Positions 59,105 to 64,000 of a DNA stretch of 64,000 bases are shown here, one piece after another. Source of the DNA: Hydrolagus colliei (lineage: Eukaryota); NCBI GenBank assembly GCA_035084275.1, contig CM068771.1:496001-560000 (forward strand), read 5' to 3'. The position numbers were made by a program, and so were the translations under genes. Every line of letters starts with the position of its first letter. Positions within the stretch are counted from its first letter, which is position 1. The notes under the pieces are model-generated. The model saw nothing but the letters and a program-made list of their open reading frames with translations. It ran no database searches and was not told the DNA's origin.

Positions 59105-59530
59105 TCATAGAATCATAGAATGTTACGGCACAGAAGGAGGCCAGTCAGCCCATCGAGTCTGTGCCGGCTGTTTGACTGAGCAAGTCACTTTCATTAACCC
59201 CAATCACCAGCTTTCTCCCCATAACCCTGCAAACCCGTCTTCCCCAGATACCTATCTAGTTATTTCTTAAAATCGGACCTCACTACCCTTTCAGGCAGAT
59301 CATTCCAAATTCGAACAACTCGCTGAGTAAAAAAATTTATTCTAACCTGCCCTCTGCTTCTTTTGGTAGATATCTTAAGACTGTGACCACGGGTCACAGA
59401 CACACCTACCAGTGGAAATAGCTTTTCCCTATCTAGCCTGTCTAAACCTTTCATGATCTTGAAGACCTCTATCAGGTCCCCGCATAACCTTCTCTGCTCT
59501 AATGGGAAAAGTCCTAACTTCTCCAGCCTT
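59105..59530 (-). mobile_element. CR1 3' fragment
   Basis: ERLEKLGLFPLEQRRLCGDLIEVFKIMKGLDRLDREKLFP...FFTQRVVRIWNDLP; catagaatcatagaat tail. Confidence 0.88.
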
Positions 59531-59832
59531 TCTTCAACACTTTCTCTTCCATGCACCATTATGTCTCTTACAGTGATCCTCAGGTTTCTGTCTTCAGTCC
59601 ACTCAGATGTTCTCTCTGACTCTGCACTCGACTGCAGAATATATTATGTGCCGACATAATGTCTGAATACATCATTTTTGGATAACAGAGACAATTTTTT
59701 CCAGCTAAATGTCAGCTAGGCTTACACCCTCCTTATTGGGACGCTCCAGCCTTTCAACACCACAGGCATCTCAGAGTCAGAATCCAGAGATACACATTCC
59801 TTCTCACCATGTCAGTCAGGAATCTGAGAATC

Positions 59833-59904
59833 AGCGCCTTGGGACGTCCTCCCGACGTGAAGGGCGGTCTATAAATGTAAATTGTTGTTGTTGTTGTTGT
59901 TGTT
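59833..59904 (+). mobile_element. Minimal 72-bp L2 insertion (3' stem-loop plus tail)
   Basis: agcgccttgggacgtcctcccgacgtgaag...(TTG)n flanked by GAATC at 59828-59832 and 59905-59909. Confidence 0.8.
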
Positions 59905-60194
59905 GAATCTTGTTCAAACCCAAGTGTGCTTCAACTCAATATTAATGATATGGCACACACTGCCCCAAACACCATGCTAACTGCACCGCACAATCCACAA
60001 ACTCTTCTATTTGTATATGTCATCTCAAATATTGACTGCACGTCCCTTTCTGTTGACACTTCCAAATCTTCTTTCTGTAAGTTGCAGATGATATAGAGCT
60101 GCAGCTGATGTCCTCTGGTTTATTATACTGCATACCTCCTCTTGCTTCCAGCAATATTCGCTTCAGAGCTTACTACCTTTCCCAGCCTTCTACT

Positions 60195-60965
60195 ATAATA
60201 ATATTAATAATGATAATGGTAATAATGATAATGATAATGGTAATAATGATAATGATAATGATAATAATGATCCTTAAATTTGAAATAGCACTTTTCAGAT
60301 CTTCTAGACATCTCAGAAAGCCTCACAGGATATATTGCAAGTGAAGTGACTATATTTGTTGCCTAAACATGGCAGCCAATTGCGCTCAGCAGTGTCCAGC
60401 AAACAGTCATGGATTGAATTGACCAATTTCATTGTGCTTTTTTTTGGGAGGGATTATCATTTCCAAATTTGTGCAAGATTATGCAACCAATAACCATGTT
60501 CAAATCATTGCTAATTTAAAAATATCATGTATAAAGTATTGATATAAAGAAATAAGAAGCATCTTAAGAGAATTATCAGAAATGTTGAAGCCATAAAATG
60601 ACCAATAATGTAATGCATTTGATAGTTTTTCTCTCTTTTTTAAAATCATTTCATCTTTAAACAATAATGAATACAATAGTAATCCTTAAATTTGATAATA
60701 CACTTTTCACATCTTCTAGGCATCCCAAGTTATTTCGCAGTTCATATTGTTAACTACAAATTTTGCGCGCGAATCATAGCAGCCAGCAGTTTCTCACAAA
60801 CTGTCATGAATCCATGTATCTAGTTTATTGTTGTTGTTTTTTTCTTCAGGAATTACTAACAGGTATTTAGAGCAAGAAAACTTTCCAAGGAGTTGTCCTG
60901 CTGGAAATTGGCTGAACTTCTCGATTATTAGTTTAAAGCTCTTAACACTGAGCTACAGGACTTCA
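60195..60965 (-). mobile_element. Two degenerate tRNA-SINE copies; the first has an expanded (ATAATG)n tail
   Basis: Tails at 60270 and 60680; head gtcctgtagctcagtgttaagagc at about 60960. Confidence 0.6.
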
Positions 60966-61384
60966 ACCATTGAACTCCCAACAACTGAGGATTCCAACCA
61001 CTGATCTGTAGCTAATTGCAAAGAAAATTTCGATTGAGAAAATATCTTGACAAATAATACGCAATAAATAAATTTCAAGACAATTAGCCAGACATTGAGC
61101 ATATACAAATTAGAAAATTAAACCAATGAACAAAAATGAACTCTAAATTGATATGGTGTGCACGGTGAGTTTCTGAACTCACTATATTGTATGTAACAAA
61201 TGATCGAATAAATATATTGGGGAGACAAAGAGTTACAGAATGTGGTTGTAGACATACTGCATTTTATTGACTGATTGACTGCCCTAAATATTCTTTCTAA
61301 AGTACCATACGAACAGTCATAATACTATTCACTTAATGGTAGTCCCCGAGAGAGATAAAAGATGTAGAGAGGAAGAAAGATAAA

Positions 61385-61640
61385 AACCTGGCAAAACAGG
61401 CCAGCTAGTCTAACGTCAGTGGTAAGGAAATCTGTAGAGACTATCATCCGGAACATGATAAATTTTCACTTGGATAATTATGGGTTAAAACAGCACATCC
61501 AACAGCCATGGGTTTGCTAATGTCAAATTATGTCTAGCAAACAAGATAGAGTTTTATGGATGATGTAGCAGAGACGGTGGATGAAGGTAGAGCAGTTGAT
61601 GTCATTTCTATGGCTTTCCCAAAACGCATTTGATCAAGTG
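61385..61640 (+). mobile_element. Old CR1 RT fragment
   Basis: Degenerate RPxSLTSVVxK...HGF...AVDVI...AFDQVP. Confidence 0.6.
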
Positions 61641-62314
61641 CCTCTTCTACACAACAACTAGAAACAGACAATATTAAATGAAATCAAATGTAAAGATAAT
61701 AGATAAAATTTGGGGTTAATGTATGACCATTAGTTGCTATTGCTCATGTATCATATTATTCTACCCAACTCAATCACCTACCTTCCCTGAAAAAGTATCT
61801 CCAAGTTGCGTTCGAGTCATCTGACTATCTCGGAATCTGGGATTCATCTACAATGATACAAACTCCTCCATCGCTCTCCCCAACAACTCTCTGCTCACTC
61901 CTCACAGTGACTTTTTTCAACACACTCTCCAAACTGCTTGACCTCACTAAAGGTAACATAGTACACCAGCTACCTACTCTCATTCAAAATACAGGCACGT
62001 GCCACCTGGCTCCAATGTAAATTAATGGTAGATCTGGCTGTACATCATCAAAGACACCCACTCCCTTAAATCCTGCTTCAACTCCAACACAATATGGAAT
62101 ACTAAGGACAAGACCAGGATCTTTTACGTTACCATCTAGCTTCCCTGTCTACTCTTTCATGCCTCGCCCACTCGCTAATAAAAACAACCAGAAAGAAATA
62201 ATGATTTCTTGGACACCCAAAACAACGAATAGCTTAACTGCCTTTGCACTTCAAAACACCTAGATTCAAGCCCATTGCGCCCTCACACATGGGGCCGTAT
62301 CCATTCGTCACCAT

Positions 62315-62640
62315 GGAGCTCCTGTGGCTCAGTGGTTAGAGCACTCATCTTACAATTGTAACACCTGTGTTCGAATCCAGGCATCTCAACGCGAAACCTA
62401 AGGCAAGTTTCCTTGCTCCTAATCCCTAATAATACTCCCACCAAAAAAATACAATGTTAAAATTGATCATGTTATTCCACCATTTGTTTAACACTACTGT
62501 GCGCAATTGGTTATTGTGTTTTGCACACAAACACAGTCAATTCACTTTACAGTATTTCTATGCAGCGCTTTAAGACCTCTTCCCAAAGAAGACGTAAAAA
62601 GTACTACAACAAACTCAAGGATTATTATATTATATTATCT
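62315..62640 (+). mobile_element. tRNA-derived SINE
   Basis: A box tggctcagtgg (62325-62335), B box gttcgaatcc (62369-62378), L2-like tail ending (ATT)n. Confidence 0.8.
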
Positions 62641-63299
62641 TCATAGATTAAAATTCCTCTCTCACCAATATTACAACACACATGGAACAACCATCTCCTC
62701 AGTCAACCCCTTCTTATCCGCTGCCATCTAGTCACAAAACAACACGAACATCACCCTGACCAATGCTCTGCTCTAATTAGGCTTCCCTGTGCCAACTCCG
62801 TTCTTATTGGTCATTGTAACTCTCATCTCTGCAAGACGCAGATTATACAGTATTCTGCAATTTGTGTGTTTTGCCACTTGAAGCTCTGTGACCCAATTAG
62901 CTCCAACCTCTCCTGCCTCCACTGCCTCCCATCTCCCACTGGATCTGTTAAATTACAAAACGTTGTTCCCAGGCTTTGGAACGTGCTGTAATTAAAAAGT
63001 TTAATTTCAGCATCCTATGGATCCTTTTTCTTAATTGTACAGTACATAAAACCTCAGATTGCTCAGATGTCTTAAGCTTTATTGAACATCAAAGATCTGC
63101 ATTGAGCGAAAGATATCTAACTTCACAAACTGGTTGTCAAACAATACCAGACATTTTCAAACAGCTTTTTATTCAGTGTAAAAGTTATTGTTTCAAAGAG
63201 ATACCGGGCCATTTAATAACCATCTAAGATAGCGCAGACCTGTGTGTGTGTGTAATGTTGTGTAGACCAACGAGAGCAGCCCAGCTAAACATGGTTGTG

Positions 63300-64000
63300 T
63301 TAATGTCCCTGTAAGCGAGTGATGGGATAAATGAAGATGGATTTCAGTCGCTGCCTGAATTGGGTCTGAGTCACACCATAGATGACGGTGTTGGAGCAGG
63401 AGCTGAGGTACTGCAGCATGTAACCCACGTGCTCAGCGATGGTGAAAGGGCTGCTGTAGTCAAACTGCATCAGTTTGGCCTCTGTGCTCCTTGCATAACA
63501 GAAGGTGACGAAGTAGGTGAGCCACAGCAACACAAATGTCCCCGAGATGGTAAAGAGCAGGATAATGGATTTCTTTCGACTCTCCATCTCCTTGTCCGTC
63601 CCCTTCACTGATCCACGCAGATGCTGACGCACAACGCTGGCCACTAGAACATGCCTGATGGTCAGAGAGTTGAAGAGGAGGATGACGATGAAGGGAAGAA
63701 TCGGATTTACAATCATATGAATAACGTAAAACGCCTTCCAGCCAATAGCAGATCTATAGCTGGGCTTGATGCTGCAGAACCAGGGGTGTCCATTGATCAT
63801 CATCAGCGGTTGGAACATAAAATAAAAGGGGATATTTTTTGCGCTTAAAAATGCACAGATTGTCCAGATCACCAGTCCCGCTATCCTCTCAGTGCAGTAT
63901 TGGGGTTTGAGCTTTGGGCAGCAGATGGCAATGAAGCGGTCAAAGGTGAAGGCCATGGTCAGCCAGACAGAGGTTTCCATGATGACCAGGCGCAGTGGAA
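63300..64000 (-). CDS. GPR139-like class A GPCR copy C, exon 2 (partial; continues beyond the window)
   Basis: Open from the window edge (PLRLVIMETSVW...DRF...NTVIY) to TAA; paralogous to A and B. Confidence 0.88.
   Translation of the reverse strand, partial: PLRLVIMETSVWLTMAFTFDRFIAICCPKLKPQYCTERIAGLVIWTICAFLSAKNIPFYFMFQPLMMINGHPWFCSIKPSYRSAIGWKAFYVIHMIVNPILPFIVILLFNSLTIRHVLVASVVRQHLRGSVKGTDKEMESRKKSIILLFTISGTFVLLWLTYFVTFCYARSTEAKLMQFDYSSPFTIAEHVGYMLQYLSSCSNTVIYGVTQTQFRQRLKSIFIYPITRLQGH

Overview
Vertebrate genomic DNA, most likely from a cartilaginous fish (inferred from the shark-type MHC class I tail, GPR139-like paralogues and the CR1/L2/tRNA-SINE repeat set). The left part (1.9-6.5 kb, minus strand) holds the 3' half of an MHC class I heavy-chain gene. 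I reconstructed five phase-consistent exons: alpha3, a Gly-rich stalk plus TM, two cytoplasmic exons (GKPGYTPAK and QNGDRTDSSSNNSSNPPA*) and a 3'UTR exon. No alpha1/alpha2 exons are visible; upstream lie CT-rich low-complexity DNA, a ~20.5 kb GA-rich satellite with layered higher-order repeats, an exactly 200-N gap and further minisatellites. The right part (34-64 kb) is a cluster of two-exon, TATA-driven GPR139-like class A GPCR paralogues. Copy A (+) has an exon-1 frameshift, copy B (-) is intact, and copy C (-) runs off the window. A fourth, relic 3' end is joined through (CCCTAA)n to a hAT-like element. A and B sit in a large inverted duplication, and the paralogues differ mainly at predicted ligand-pocket codons. 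The rest is L2, CR1, SINE, a solo LTR and a decayed Gypsy element. The very long ORFs in the supplied track are repeat artefacts.
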